Shown piece after piece: positions 35,385-46,616 of a DNA stretch of 64,000 bases. Numbering within the stretch: the stretch's first letter is position 1; each line of letters opens with the position of its first letter. The stretch comes from Candidatus Colwellbacteria bacterium. Lineage in GTDB: Bacteria > Patescibacteriota > Minisyncoccia > UBA6257 > Colwellbacteraceae. Position numbers and translations under genes: made by a program. The notes under the pieces were generated by a model, which saw only the letters and a program-made list of their open reading frames with translations, was not told where the DNA came from and searched no databases. Where the stretch lies: the NCBI GenBank assembly GCA_016176525.1, contig JACOWZ010000003.1, positions 128,001 to 192,000 of the forward strand. The letters run 5' to 3'.

Positions 35385-36009
35385 TATATGCTCTTTGTGG
35401 ACTCCTACTTTTAAATATGTAAGATGCCGAGACCGCGATATCTGCGCCGGCGTCTTTCGCGAGTTTTGCAACTTCCGGCTCTACACCACCATCAACTTCA
35501 ATTTTAACATGTCTTTGCTCCCCACGTAAGAATTTAATTTTTTTAAGTGCAGATACATCAAACTTTTGGCCCGCAAAACCGGGCTCAACCGCCAAAAACT
35601 GGAAAGAGTCAAAAATACCAAAATATTTCTTTAGCCACTCTGCCGGAGTACGCACGCCGCAAGCGAGCATTGCCTCAACCCCATGTTTTTTACAAAGCGC
35701 GGCCACACGGACAGGGTCGCGCAAAGATTCTATATGGAATATAAGCCTCTTCGCGCCAGATTTGAGCCAGCTTTTAAGCACGACTTCTGGGTGCGCGACC
35801 ATAAGATGAATTTCAAAATTGATATGGCTGTACTTGTGAGTGAGTTCTATAACTTCACCTGGGCTGCCCCAAGTCACAACATTTGCAAACTCACCATCTA
35901 CAACATCAATATGCACCCAGCCCGACGCGCTAAAAAAACTGTCTGCTTTTTTTATTTGCTTTAATGCAGAGTCTCTATCTTTGCAGTTTATTGCAGGTAT
36001 AACCAACAT
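35365..36009 (-). CDS. rpe: Ribulose-phosphate 3-epimerase
   Basis: HIDVVDG, HLMV, EPGFAGQ, VDGG motifs. Confidence 0.85.
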   Translation of the reverse strand: MLVIPAINCKDRDSALKQIKKADSFFSASGWVHIDVVDGEFANVVTWGSPGEVIELTHKYSHINFEIHLMVAHPEVVLKSWLKSGAKRLIFHIESLRDPVRVAALCKKHGVEAMLACGVRTPAEWLKKYFGIFDSFQFLAVEPGFAGQKFDVSALKKIKFLRGEQRHVKIEVDGGVEPEVAKLAKDAGADIAVSASYIFKSRSPQRAYNELTRI

Positions 36010-36017
36010 AAATCTGA

Positions 36018-36656
36018 TTATACCATTCGCAGAAGCCGATTTAACAGAAAATCACTAAACAAAAATATGCCCAAAATTCCGAAAATCACTTTGCTAAAAT
36101 GCCATATTGGCAAAATTGATACAACCCATAATAACTCTATAGAAATTAGAGCAGTTGCCGCAGGCAAGATCTTGTTTTTTTCATTGCCTAAAATCCAGAA
36201 AAATTCTTTTGATAAGAAAAACACAGCTATAAACAAACCTATTTGTGCAAATATGCTAGAACCTAAACGAATATAAAAATAAAGTGCGCTAAGCGAGCCA
36301 ATGCCGGCGGCATATACAATATAATACAAAACATCTCGCCTTAAAAAGACCAGGTTTTTTACTCCCACTAATAGAGAAAACGCTGCTGCATAAAATACGG
36401 CTATAAAGCCCGATACAAAGCCAGAAATAAACTTTGGGAATAGGATTAGTGAGATAGTAAGCACAAAAAAAGAAGTCAGAAATTTTTGCAAATCCATCGG
36501 GGGCCTAAAATAGAACCACAAAAGCGCACCGGCAAGGAATATCATCCAAAAACCTGATTCCAGACGAGTGTAATATATAATTAAGGCTAGTGTTAGCGCT
36601 TTAAGCGCCAACCTTAACTCCTGATTTTTCCAGACTAATTTTAACTTTTCCGCCAT
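36018..36656 (-). CDS. Hypothetical polytopic membrane protein (start may be the internal Met near 36545)
   Basis: Hydrophobic throughout. The track's start overlaps the clpB 3' end. Confidence 0.45.
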   Translation of the reverse strand: MAEKLKLVWKNQELRLALKALTLALIIYYTRLESGFWMIFLAGALLWFYFRPPMDLQKFLTSFFVLTISLILFPKFISGFVSGFIAVFYAAAFSLLVGVKNLVFLRRDVLYYIVYAAGIGSLSALYFYIRLGSSIFAQIGLFIAVFFLSKEFFWILGNEKNKILPAATALISIELLWVVSILPIWHFSKVIFGILGIFLFSDFLLNRLLRMV

Positions 36657-39237
36657 TCTTTATGTCGCCGCTTATTAGCTTGTCTGCTAATTTGTCCAAA
36701 ATAACTTTTTGTATAATGCGCTTAAGCGGCCTTGCGCCATACTCGGGGCTAAACCCATGTTCAATTATATGTTTGCGAACAGACGGGTCTATTTGAAGCT
36801 TTAGATTTTTATTTTTCAGCATTTCAAGGAGCTTCTCAAGCTGAATATCTACAATAGCTTCTATATTTTTGCGCGAGAGCGTGTTGAAAACAATAACATC
36901 ATCAATCCTGTTTAAAAACTCCGGACGGAAATGGTCTTTTAATTCGCTCATAACGCGGGATTTATAATCTTCTGACGTCGCTTCTGTAGATGTTTTATCC
37001 TCTCCGCTAAAACCGAGTTTAGACATTTCTCTTAAGTGTTCGCTGCCCACATTAGAAGTCATAACTATAATTGTATTTTTAAAGTTAACTACCCTGCCTT
37101 TGCCGTCTGTTAACCTGCCGTTGTCTAGCACCTGCAAAAGCACATTAAACACCTCTGGATGGGCTTTCTCAATTTCGTCAAAAAGGATAAGGCTATACGG
37201 CTTGTGGCGCACAATCTCTGTTAGCTGACCGCCTTCTTCGTGCCCAACATAGCCTGGGGGCGAGCCGATAAGCCTAGAAACTGCGTGCTTCTCCATATAC
37301 TCAGACATATCAATGCGGACTAAGAATTTTTCGTCGTTAAACATAAACTCCGCAAGCGCGCGCACAAGCTCCGTTTTGCCGACGCCGGTGGGGCCCAAGA
37401 ACATAAAAGATGCAATGGGCTTATCTTCTGGAGAAAGGCCGGTGCGCGCTCTGCGCAGTGCGCTTGATACCGTCGTTATCGCCTCCTCTTGGCCTACAAC
37501 GCGCCCGCCTAAAACTTTTTCAATTCTTTTTAGCTTGTCCGCTTCGGATTCTAAGATTCTCTGCACAGGAATGCCCGTCCAGCGCGCGATAACAGATGCG
37601 ATGTCTTCCACATCAACTTCTTCTTTTAGAAACTTCCCCTTAGACCCTTTTGGAGAAGTAAAGTATTTTTTCTCATAAGCGTCGTATTCCCTCTGGGCCT
37701 CCGGCAATTCGCCATAAATTATCTTGGCAACGCGCTCAAGCTGGCCTTCGCGCTCGGCAACTTCTTTCTCTCTTTTTAGAGATTCAAGGCGGCCGCGCAA
37801 TGCGTTTAATTTTTCAAAAACCATTTTTTCCGCTTTCCAATCGCCTGAAAGCTCGTCGTTCTTGTTTTTTAACATCTCAATGTTTTTCTCAAGCTCTTGC
37901 AAACGCTTAGTGTTGGACGCAGACTTTCTGGTTTTGCTCTCTAGCGCCGCGCGCTCAATCTCAAGGTTTGTAATTTCTCTGCGAGTTTTATCAATCTCTG
38001 CCGGCAAGCTTTCTGTATCAATTTTTCTGGCTGATGCCGCCTCGTCAACTACATCTACCGCCTTGTCGGGCAAAAATCTGTCTGTTATATAACGCGCAGA
38101 CAAATTAACCGCTGCAGTTAGCGCCTCGTCTGAAATACGCAAACCGTGATGAAGCTCATATTTTTCTTTTAAGCCGCGCAGAATTGTTACAGTGTCTCTT
38201 ATAGAAGGCTCTTCAACCATAACAGGTTGAAACCTGCGTTCCAAGGCCGCGTCACGTTCTATGTGGCGGTTGTACTCTTTTATTGTGGTTGCTCCAACAG
38301 CATGTAGTTCGCCGCGGGCAAGGGCTGGCTTTAAAAGATTAGAGGCATCCACCGCGCCTTCTGCGGCGCCAGCGCCCACAATCATGTGTATTTCGTCTAT
38401 AAACAATATTATCCGCCCCGAAGAATTCTGCACTTCTTTTATAAAAGCTTTAAGTCTGTCTTCAAACTCACCGCGGAATTTCGTGCCGGCTATAAGCGAA
38501 CCTAAATCTAGCGCAATAATTTCTTTGCCTTTTAATATCTCTGGAACATCATTGGATATAATCCTTTGCGCGAGCCCCTCAACAATCGCAGTTTTACCAA
38601 CTCCAGGTTCACCGATTAAAACCGGGTTGTTCTTGGTTCTCCGCGACAAAATCTGGATTACTCTTCTCAACTCTTCTTCACGGCCAACCAAAGGATCTAG
38701 CTTACCCTCTTTTGCACGAGTCGTTAGGTTTATGCCGTATTTCTCTAAAACCTGGAATTTGCTTTCAGGAGTCTCGTCTGTTACGCGCGCACCACCGCGC
38801 AGGCCAGAGAGCGTAGAAAAAGCTATATCTTTTTTAACTCCAAAACTTTCTAATATTTCTTTTGCGGAAGAATCCACTTCTAAAATTCCCAAAAGAAGGT
38901 GTTCGCATGATATAAACTCGTCTTTGTTGGCAAGCGCAGTTTTTGCAGCTCTGTCTAAAACGCGCAGCACTTCGTGCGACAAATAAAGCTGGCCGGTTGA
39001 AGAAGTTGAAAATACCTTTGGTAGTTTCTTTAAATGCAAGTTTATCTCTTTATCTAATTCTTCTAAATTAACTCCGAGTTTCACAATAACCGGCCGCACA
39101 AGCGAATCTGCATCTGCAATTAAGGCAGACAAAAGATGCAAGGTTTTAAACTCGCCATGACCCTGCGCACCGGCCAAATCTTGTGCGTTCTGGAGTGCCT
39201 CCTGCGCCTTTATTGTAAAACGATTAAAGTGGTTCAT
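36601..39237 (-). CDS. clpB: ClpB disaggregase (two AAA+ modules with M-domain coiled coil)
   Basis: Two Walker A motifs ([16 protein letters not shown]), Clp N-domain, coiled-coil insert. Confidence 0.9.
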   Translation of the reverse strand: MNHFNRFTIKAQEALQNAQDLAGAQGHGEFKTLHLLSALIADADSLVRPVIVKLGVNLEELDKEINLHLKKLPKVFSTSSTGQLYLSHEVLRVLDRAAKTALANKDEFISCEHLLLGILEVDSSAKEILESFGVKKDIAFSTLSGLRGGARVTDETPESKFQVLEKYGINLTTRAKEGKLDPLVGREEELRRVIQILSRRTKNNPVLIGEPGVGKTAIVEGLAQRIISNDVPEILKGKEIIALDLGSLIAGTKFRGEFEDRLKAFIKEVQNSSGRIILFIDEIHMIVGAGAAEGAVDASNLLKPALARGELHAVGATTIKEYNRHIERDAALERRFQPVMVEEPSIRDTVTILRGLKEKYELHHGLRISDEALTAAVNLSARYITDRFLPDKAVDVVDEAASARKIDTESLPAEIDKTRREITNLEIERAALESKTRKSASNTKRLQELEKNIEMLKNKNDELSGDWKAEKMVFEKLNALRGRLESLKREKEVAEREGQLERVAKIIYGELPEAQREYDAYEKKYFTSPKGSKGKFLKEEVDVEDIASVIARWTGIPVQRILESEADKLKRIEKVLGGRVVGQEEAITTVSSALRRARTGLSPEDKPIASFMFLGPTGVGKTELVRALAEFMFNDEKFLVRIDMSEYMEKHAVSRLIGSPPGYVGHEEGGQLTEIVRHKPYSLILFDEIEKAHPEVFNVLLQVLDNGRLTDGKGRVVNFKNTIIVMTSNVGSEHLREMSKLGFSGEDKTSTEATSEDYKSRVMSELKDHFRPEFLNRIDDVIVFNTLSRKNIEAIVDIQLEKLLEMLKNKNLKLQIDPSVRKHIIEHGFSPEYGARPLKRIIQKVILDKLADKLISGDIKNGGKVKISLEKSGVKVGA

Positions 39238-39251
39238 CTTTCACTTATAGA

Positions 39252-40385
39252 CTACTCTGATTCCGGCCTTTCTTCAAGAGTTGCGCTTATAAACAAAACC
39301 TGTTCGTCTCTCTGTACTTTTAGAGAAACTCTGTCTCCAACGTTATATTTCTGTATAACAAACGCAAGGCTTCTATTCTCGCTAAGGCGCTCTCCACCCA
39401 TTTCTAATATTATGTCTCCGTCTTTAAGGCCCGCCCGCTCTGCCGGAGAATCCGGAACAATACCAGGGCTATCGCCGCTTACAATCTCTGCGCCGTCTTC
39501 TGTCATTTGATACCTAACCCCTAGGTAGGGCACAGAAATAGTGCCGGTTCGCCGGACAGACTCTATGGCGCGCTTTGCATGATTTATAGGTATTGCAAAG
39601 CCAACATTTTGTGCATCCAAAGCCACTGCGGTATTTATGCCTATTACTTCTCCTTTAAGGTTTAAAAGCGGCCCGCCGGAATTGCCCGGGTTAATTGCCG
39701 AATCTGTTTGTATTAAATCTTCAATAAATTCGCTACCGCCATTGCCGGAAGCCGTAATATTTCTTGAAAGACCCGAAACAACGCCAACAGAAACCGTATT
39801 TCTAAACTCACCTAAGGCATTGCCTATAGCAATAGAGGTTTGCCCTAAGCGGATAGTAGAGGAATCGCCTAATTTAGCTGGTTTTAAATCTTTAGGAGGC
39901 TCAATAAACTTTAAAACAGCTATATCTAAAACAGGATGCTTAGCAAGAACCTGCGCCTCGTATTTTTTACCATCGTTTGTAAGCACGGTGTACTCGGCTT
40001 TAACGTCGGCAACCACATGTTTATTTGTAACTACAAGCCCGTCGGGAGAAACCACGAATCCGCTCCCGCCTCCAACCTCGCGCTTTTCGGTGCCTTTCTC
40101 ACAAGGCACAAAGAAGTTAAAGCCTGGCGCCGGGCTATACGGGCATCGTTCGATAACCGGCAAATCTTTAGAAACTATAACAGAAACAACACTATTCTCC
40201 GCAGACTCAACTGCGCTGATTACAGTTTTTTCATAATCTTCTGTAGAGAGATATACAATCTCCTCACCAGACTCTTGCAGTTGGTTTTCTGGAACAATAC
40301 TTTTAAGCCCAACAACACCGACAAATGCAATAGAAAGCAAAAGTATTCCACCCAATAAAGTAAATACTGAAAGTTTAGCCCTCAT
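39252..40385 (-). CDS. htrA: HtrA/DegP-family serine protease with PDZ domain
   Basis: Catalytic motifs TNKHVV...D...GNSGGPL. PDZ-like C-terminus. Confidence 0.85.
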   Translation of the reverse strand: MRAKLSVFTLLGGILLLSIAFVGVVGLKSIVPENQLQESGEEIVYLSTEDYEKTVISAVESAENSVVSVIVSKDLPVIERCPYSPAPGFNFFVPCEKGTEKREVGGGSGFVVSPDGLVVTNKHVVADVKAEYTVLTNDGKKYEAQVLAKHPVLDIAVLKFIEPPKDLKPAKLGDSSTIRLGQTSIAIGNALGEFRNTVSVGVVSGLSRNITASGNGGSEFIEDLIQTDSAINPGNSGGPLLNLKGEVIGINTAVALDAQNVGFAIPINHAKRAIESVRRTGTISVPYLGVRYQMTEDGAEIVSGDSPGIVPDSPAERAGLKDGDIILEMGGERLSENRSLAFVIQKYNVGDRVSLKVQRDEQVLFISATLEERPESE

Positions 40386-40393
40386 CTTGATGA

Positions 40394-41653
40394 CTATTTT
40401 AAAACCTCGGTTAGAATAGTCAATACTTTATCTAACTCCTTTTTAGTAGTAAGCCTACCTAACGTTATACGCAAACTACTTTTTGCCCTTGCGTTTGGAT
40501 AACCCAATGCATTTAGAACATAAGAAGGCTCTAATGAGCGCGCTGTGCAAGCAGAACCAGCAGAAACTGCAACACCCGCAAGGTCTAGTTTTATAATCAA
40601 CTGCTCTGCGGCAAACCCATTAAAGTAGATGTTGAGATTATTAGGTAATCGATTTTTAGCATCTCCGTTTAGTTCAATTTTTGGATAAGTTTTTCTAAGG
40701 CGACCAAAAAAATAGTCGCGCAAGGCCTGCACTCTTTTAGCTTCCTTATTTCTATTTTGAGCCGCAATTTCTACAGCACTCGCAAACCCTACAATTGCCG
40801 GAACGTTTTCTGTGCCAGAACGCATGCCAAATTCTTGACCGCCACCAGTAAGAATAGTTTTAAGTTCTAAGTTTCTAGTATTTAGATCGCCTTGGCCGCG
40901 AATATATAATGCGCCGGCACCCTTGGGCCCATATATTTTGTGGGAAGATATAGTCATCAAATCCACACCGAGTTTATCTACATTGCAGTCTAAGTATTGA
41001 AAAGCCTGCGTCGCATCCGTGTGTAACAACGGATAGCTCGCGGTGTTATGATTAATCATAACACCGCTTAGCTTGTTAGTGTCTTTGGAATTTCTAATAA
41101 TTTTTGCGATCTTAGGGATATCTTGAATAACACCGATTTCGTTATTCGCATAGATTATAGAGACCAAAACTGTGTTTTTTGTTAAAGATTTCTCCAGTTT
41201 CTTTAAATCAATCAAGCCGTTTTTATCAACTGGAATATAGATTACTTCAACGCCTTGCTTCTCTAGATCTTTTGCAGTTTCTAAAATTGATTCGTGCTCA
41301 ATAGCAGAAACAACTATTCTAGGCACAAGTTTTAAGTTTTTAGTTTTCAGTTGAGATGCAACTCCTCTTAAAGCTAGATTGTTCGCTTCCGTTGCACTAC
41401 TCGTAAAAACTATCTCATCAAACTTTGCGCCGATTGCCTTTGCTATAGTTTCGCGGCTCTTATCAACCGCGGCAATTGCCTCCTGCCCAAAAGAGTGTAT
41501 TGAGCCCGGGTTACCGAATTTTTCCGCAAAATACGGCTGCATAGCCTTGAGAACTCGCGAGTCAACGGGAGTAGTGGAGGCGTAATCCAAATATATTCGC
41601 TTATCGCTCATAATTTTTAATTTAGAATTTTCAATTTTCAATAAATGTATCAA
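40394..41653 (-). CDS. Cysteine desulfurase (class V aminotransferase, NifS/IscS-like); start possibly the internal Met at 41611
   Basis: SSATEANN...SSHKIYGPKG... pattern. Confidence 0.8.
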   Translation of the reverse strand: MIHLLKIENSKLKIMSDKRIYLDYASTTPVDSRVLKAMQPYFAEKFGNPGSIHSFGQEAIAAVDKSRETIAKAIGAKFDEIVFTSSATEANNLALRGVASQLKTKNLKLVPRIVVSAIEHESILETAKDLEKQGVEVIYIPVDKNGLIDLKKLEKSLTKNTVLVSIIYANNEIGVIQDIPKIAKIIRNSKDTNKLSGVMINHNTASYPLLHTDATQAFQYLDCNVDKLGVDLMTISSHKIYGPKGAGALYIRGQGDLNTRNLELKTILTGGGQEFGMRSGTENVPAIVGFASAVEIAAQNRNKEAKRVQALRDYFFGRLRKTYPKIELNGDAKNRLPNNLNIYFNGFAAEQLIIKLDLAGVAVSAGSACTARSLEPSYVLNALGYPNARAKSSLRITLGRLTTKKELDKVLTILTEVLK

Positions 41654-41749
41654 TTTTTAATTACTAAAACAAATAGAATAAAAAAGACCCAGCAGAACGA
41701 ATCTTGCGGGGGGAGTAGTTTTTGAAGAACTGCTCAAATCAGGCTTGAA

Positions 41750-42337
41750 TTAGAATAACGTGCCGTTTTTTATTTCGGCTGGCGCTATAGCGCTTAAATC
41801 TGGAAATTCAAATTCTACTTTCTTTAAGTTGCCGCCCCAGCGCTCTGGCACTATTAAATAACCTTGGCGCTCGGCCAGGTCATACAAATCTTTTGTAACT
41901 TTTACGTCTTGCAAACAATATTTCTCTAGTGCTTCCCAGTCGCCCATCGCGTAATATTTGATGGCATCTAGGCCATGGCCGGTTTTGCCGAACCCTAGAT
42001 TCGTGCGCGCCAGAATATCTAAAGACACGCGCTTGCCTGTAGTCCGCTCTATTTCTTCTAAAATATCAAAACTAGGTAAACTCATTACATCAAAATTAAA
42101 ATGTTTTTTAAGCACCGGCAGGTCAAACCTGTTGCTTGAAAAGCCGATTATAAGCCCGGCGTTTTTGAATTGGTCTGCCAGAGACTCAATATTCCCCTCA
42201 CGTATGGCAAAAAATCTGTCGCTGTTGTAAGAATAAACACCGACTAAAGAAACAGAAAGTTTTTCTAAATTATGCTTGCCGCCAACATCATCAAAAGTGT
42301 TAGACGTTTCTATATCTATTACCAACTTATCTTTCAT
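41750..42337 (-). CDS. DEDD-type 3'-5' exonuclease (RNase H-like fold)
   Basis: VIDIETS Exo I motif, later FD and Y..D motifs. Confidence 0.5.
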   Translation of the reverse strand: MKDKLVIDIETSNTFDDVGGKHNLEKLSVSLVGVYSYNSDRFFAIREGNIESLADQFKNAGLIIGFSSNRFDLPVLKKHFNFDVMSLPSFDILEEIERTTGKRVSLDILARTNLGFGKTGHGLDAIKYYAMGDWEALEKYCLQDVKVTKDLYDLAERQGYLIVPERWGGNLKKVEFEFPDLSAIAPAEIKNGTLF

Positions 42338-42688
42338 AGTAATTATTTATAACAGATCAAAGTCGCTCGGGCAATATATCTTAAACTCACCAAACCCACA
42401 GTATCTCGCGGCACCGCGATAAATCTGCTCCAGCGGCAGATTTTCGCTTCTACTCGGCCAGTGGTCTCCGTAGGACCTTACGGCCTATATAACGGAGTAC
42501 CAAGCTCCACTGGCCTCCGTAAATGCCGCTCGACACAATGGGTTTGGTTCGTGGAAAGTTAATGAAGCCGCCCAGCTATGCTCGTAAAGTCATCTTCGGA
42601 GCGCGACGGCGCGAGAAAAAGGCGAAAATTCAGTAAGAATTTTATGCCGGTGACTTGTAGAGTATGGGTGGGTGGCGAATAAATATAT

Positions 42689-43165
42689 CTAGACGTGCCT
42701 GTCGGCAACTGAAGTTGCTGCGTAGCTTTCTGGTTTTGTGCGCACTTCGTAATTTAGCGAACGGATCATGCCGGTAAGCTCTTGAATCATAGCGCGAGTT
42801 TCACCGTGCTCGCCAATATCTACGTGTATCTCAAAGCTAAAATTAGGAGGGTCTAGTTCTTTTATCGCAGCTAAGGTTTCTTTTGCAACATCAAGCGACA
42901 TTATAACTTCTTTTATTATTCTGTCGCGCAAAGTATGAAAATTTTTTAACTCTGTTCTCCGCCAAAAATAACGCGCCCCGTTGCCAACGCGGTGCACAAC
43001 AATAGCGGTTATAAAATCCGCTTTGCTTTTTTCATATAAAGCGGAGTCTGTGCCGATGGTAACGCGGTACTCGCGGTTTTTGTCTTCGGACATAAAATCA
43101 ACTGTGGCTTTAGCCACGGCGCTTATATCAAACTTCATTCCATATGGGCCGTTAAAACTAGACAT
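42689..43165 (-). CDS. Hypothetical protein (158 aa), possible RNase H-like fold
   Basis: ORF. VTIGTDSA and HVDIGEHGE acidic motifs. Weak assignment. Confidence 0.35.
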   Translation of the reverse strand: MSSFNGPYGMKFDISAVAKATVDFMSEDKNREYRVTIGTDSALYEKSKADFITAIVVHRVGNGARYFWRRTELKNFHTLRDRIIKEVIMSLDVAKETLAAIKELDPPNFSFEIHVDIGEHGETRAMIQELTGMIRSLNYEVRTKPESYAATSVADRHV

Positions 43166-43179
43166 AACTTAAAATTACT

Positions 43180-44103
43180 CTATTTAAACCGCTTTATCAA
43201 GATAATTAGATTTTTCCTAAGTGCAGAGAGTGTTTTTTTGTCTTTAGCCTCGGCGGTAATCCTTATTACAGACTCGGTTTTAGACAAACGAACGTTAAAC
43301 CAATACCCCGGCTCACGTACAGTAATCCCATCCGCCGTTGAAACTTTTTTCCCGCTTCGGCGAAAGTGTTCTATAAGCTTTTTTACAACTACCCCCCTGT
43401 CTTTTGCATTAACTTCACCCCTAAACCTAAAATAGAGTGTTCTAAACTTATTAGCCCACTTTGCGGGCGTTAGACCCCTCTTTTTTATTTCAGAAAAAGC
43501 GTTAATTACAAAAACGGCGGAAAGTATTCCAGAATTTAGATAGATATATTTAGGCTTGCCGCGCAATCTAGGGCACTTTAAATGGAAGTAATAGTGGCCG
43601 GATCTCTCGGATCCATAGGAGGCCCCGCGGGCACGCATTACTCCCACAATATAATAAGGCCCTGGTTTGGAGGCGAATACTTTAATGTCTTTACTAAAAG
43701 CCTTACGCACAACATCGCTAGTGGAGGTGTCTATTACAACCTTTTTTGGTTTTAAATAATTTATAAGAAGGCGGCTTATTATGTCTTGGTCTATAAGCCT
43801 GCCTAAATTATCAACAAAAAGCGCCCTATCGCCATCTCCATCGAAGATGACGCCCAAATCAGCTTTTTGTTTTAAAACTGTTTTTTTAAGCTGTGTTGTA
43901 GAGCCATGGTCCAGAGGGTTGGGGCCGTGTGCCGGAAACCGCCCATCCGGCTTGTCATTTAAAAACTTTAATTCCAGCGCTCTGTGCTTAAAAGCGCCTT
44001 TTGCAAACTCCCCCGTGCTGCCGTTTGAATTGTCTACCACAACCTTAAGCGGTTCCGAAACATCCAAAAAACTGTTTAAAAATTCCGCGTAAACAGATTT
44101 CAT
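43180..44103 (-). CDS. Phosphomannomutase/phosphoglucomutase domains II-IV (second half of a split or frameshifted gene)
   Basis: FDGDGDR Mg loop, GSERSGH sugar-binding loop. Starts with an ATGA overlap on the upstream ORF. Confidence 0.7.
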   Translation of the reverse strand: MKSVYAEFLNSFLDVSEPLKVVVDNSNGSTGEFAKGAFKHRALELKFLNDKPDGRFPAHGPNPLDHGSTTQLKKTVLKQKADLGVIFDGDGDRALFVDNLGRLIDQDIISRLLINYLKPKKVVIDTSTSDVVRKAFSKDIKVFASKPGPYYIVGVMRARGASYGSERSGHYYFHLKCPRLRGKPKYIYLNSGILSAVFVINAFSEIKKRGLTPAKWANKFRTLYFRFRGEVNAKDRGVVVKKLIEHFRRSGKKVSTADGITVREPGYWFNVRLSKTESVIRITAEAKDKKTLSALRKNLIILIKRFK

Positions 44104-44519
44104 TTTAATTGATGCAATGCCTTCAATATTTGCTTGCCGCTTATTGGGTTATTGTCGGCACCCACTACTTTAATGCCGTTGTAATCTTTAGGGCTGTGTG
44201 ATGCAGTTATTGCAACACCTAAATCCGCTCCAAAATAATTGGCTAAGAAATACATCATAGGTGTGGTTATTAAACCTGCAGATATTATGCGTACACGCTT
44301 GCCAAGGGTATGCTCTAAACCCTTTATAAACGAGTGGTAAAGCGCAGGCGAGCTAACCCGAGCATCGTGCCCTACTAAAATAAACGGGCGCGCAGAACCA
44401 GCGATTTTTTTGGCTAAAACTTCTGCAACTAAATGAGCAGTTTTTACATTTAACTCATCTGGGTAGCGGCCGCGGATGTCATAAGCCCTAAATATTGACT
44501 CGTCTATTTGCAAATTCAT
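44100..44519 (-). CDS. Phosphomannomutase/phosphoglucomutase domain I (first half); start moved to internal Met MNLQIDE
   Basis: FRAYDIRG and the TASHSPKDYNGIK active-site serine loop. Confidence 0.7.
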   Translation of the reverse strand: MNLQIDESIFRAYDIRGRYPDELNVKTAHLVAEVLAKKIAGSARPFILVGHDARVSSPALYHSFIKGLEHTLGKRVRIISAGLITTPMMYFLANYFGADLGVAITASHSPKDYNGIKVVGADNNPISGKQILKALHQLK

Positions 44520-44540
44520 GTGATAAGATATTACAAGATA

Positions 44541-46616
44541 ATGACAAAAAAACGAAAATCTAAAAACTCGAATTCGGCGCTTCACCCCGAAACTAAGGCG
44601 AGTATCACCGCCCTTACGCTCACATCAACCGCCATAATACTAATGCTCTCGGCGCTTGGTTGGGCCGGGTCTGTGGGCAAAGTAATATTCGAGATACTTT
44701 ATAAATTTTTTGGTGTTGGATATTACCTACTGCCCTTGGTTTTGGCGGGCGTAAGTTTGGGCCTTGTTTCGGGCAGAAAACAAAAAAGAGTGGGTGTTGC
44801 CGCAATAGGAGGAGGAATATTTCTTATAGCAGCATTGGGAATAATCGAAGTAATAAACCCAGATGGCGGAGGCTTAATTGGAAAAATATTAGGAAGCCTA
44901 AAATTTGTGTTTGGCGCACCGGCAACTGTGGTCTTAGGCGTTACTACGCTAATAATTTCAATTTTAATTGGTTTAAACACATCTCTAAAAATACACCTTA
45001 CAAAAAAGAGGGGTGATTATGCCGAAGAAGAAAAACTAAAAATAACCGGTGCAACGGAAGAATCAGAAGAAGAACAAGAAGATGAGGATAAAAGAAAACC
45101 TGAAGAAGACGAAGAACCCGAGGAAGAAGATGAAAAAGATAAAGAAATAGAAATTAAGATTACCGAAGGACAAAAGAATATGCGCATGCAAGCCGTAGCG
45201 CCTGTAAATTGGGAAAACTATGTTCCCCCGCCGGCCAATCTTTTGCACTCTGCCGTAGAAAAACCAACTGTGGGCGACCTAAGAGCGAATGCAAATATAA
45301 TAAAACGCACACTAGAGGGCTTTGGTATACCGGTTGAAATGGGAGAAATAACAATCGGACCTAAAGTTACCCGCTACACTCTAAAACCGGCAGAGGGTGT
45401 AAAGCTCTCCAAAATAACGGCCTTGAACCAAGATTTGTCCTTAGCTGTAGCGGCCCACCCGATACGCATTGAGGCCCCAATACCCGGAAAGTCCTTGGTA
45501 GGCATTGAGATACCAAACAAAACCGCAAGCTTGGTAAGACTTGGCAGTCTTATAACATATGCAGATTTTGTAAAAGCCCCGAACCTTACATTTGCGCTTG
45601 GCAGGGATGTCGCCGGCGAAGCGGTGCTTGCGAACCTTGCTAAAATGCCGCACCTGCTTATCGCCGGCACAACCGGAAGCGGCAAATCAATAATGATTCA
45701 CAGCCTTTTGATATCTCTAATATACAAAAATTCTCCAGAGACTATGCGGATGTTATTAATTGACCCGAAGCGAGTTGAGCTTTCTATCTACGAAGGAATC
45801 CCGCACTTAATGACGCCTGTTATAACAGAGGGTAAAAAAGTTGTGTCAATCTTGCGGTTTGCAATAGAAGAAATGGAAAGAAGGTACAACACGTTGCTTG
45901 CCGCAGGCAAAAGAGATATAGCTTCTTACAACAGCGGGCGCAAAAACGACATAATGCCATATATTGTAATAGTGGTAGACGAACTTGCAGATTTGATGAT
46001 GTCTTACGGCCGCGAGATAGAAAACTCTATAATACGCCTTGCGCAGATGGCCCGCGCTACCGGCATTCACTTAGTGCTTTCTACCCAGCGGCCCTCGGTT
46101 GAAGTTATAACAGGGCTTATAAAAGCAAACATTACCTCGCGCATAGCCTTGCAAGTTGCCTCGCAAGTTGACTCGCGAACCATATTAGACATGGCCGGGG
46201 CCGAAAAACTTTTGGGCGGCGGAGATTTACTTTTTGTATCATCGGATCTTGGAAAACCTAAAAGGATACAGGGGGCCTATGTTTCTAACGAAGAACTTAA
46301 GAAAGTGGTAGATTTTATAAAAAACAAAAATACATTTGATTCTACCGGTGAACTAGAAACAAAAATACAAGAAAGCTTAGAAAATAAAAATATGAATCTA
46401 GGTGGGGTGGAAGGTGAAGATGAACTCTACGACGAGGCAGTGCAGGTTGTACGCGAATCTAAAAAAGCTTCTGCGTCGCTTCTGCAAAGGCGCTTAAAAG
46501 TAGGATATGCAAGAGCCGCCAGGCTTCTAGACCTTATGGAAGAAGCGGGTATAATAGGCCCGGGAGAGGGCGCAAAACCAAGAGAAGTTTTTCTAAGCGA
46601 AGAAAATGAATCCTAA
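44541..46616 (+). CDS. ftsK: DNA translocase FtsK/SpoIIIE (TM N-terminus, acidic linker, motor, gamma winged helix)
   Basis: LLIAGTTGSGKS Walker A. C-terminal gamma domain. Start moved to the second Met. Confidence 0.85.
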   Translation: MTKKRKSKNSNSALHPETKASITALTLTSTAIILMLSALGWAGSVGKVIFEILYKFFGVGYYLLPLVLAGVSLGLVSGRKQKRVGVAAIGGGIFLIAALGIIEVINPDGGGLIGKILGSLKFVFGAPATVVLGVTTLIISILIGLNTSLKIHLTKKRGDYAEEEKLKITGATEESEEEQEDEDKRKPEEDEEPEEEDEKDKEIEIKITEGQKNMRMQAVAPVNWENYVPPPANLLHSAVEKPTVGDLRANANIIKRTLEGFGIPVEMGEITIGPKVTRYTLKPAEGVKLSKITALNQDLSLAVAAHPIRIEAPIPGKSLVGIEIPNKTASLVRLGSLITYADFVKAPNLTFALGRDVAGEAVLANLAKMPHLLIAGTTGSGKSIMIHSLLISLIYKNSPETMRMLLIDPKRVELSIYEGIPHLMTPVITEGKKVVSILRFAIEEMERRYNTLLAAGKRDIASYNSGRKNDIMPYIVIVVDELADLMMSYGREIENSIIRLAQMARATGIHLVLSTQRPSVEVITGLIKANITSRIALQVASQVDSRTILDMAGAEKLLGGGDLLFVSSDLGKPKRIQGAYVSNEELKKVVDFIKNKNTFDSTGELETKIQESLENKNMNLGGVEGEDELYDEAVQVVRESKKASASLLQRRLKVGYARAARLLDLMEEAGIIGPGEGAKPREVFLSEENES

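Noticed and set aside
38261-38986. 241-aa + strand ORF inside clpB
   Set aside because: Antisense to clpB; no conserved motifs.
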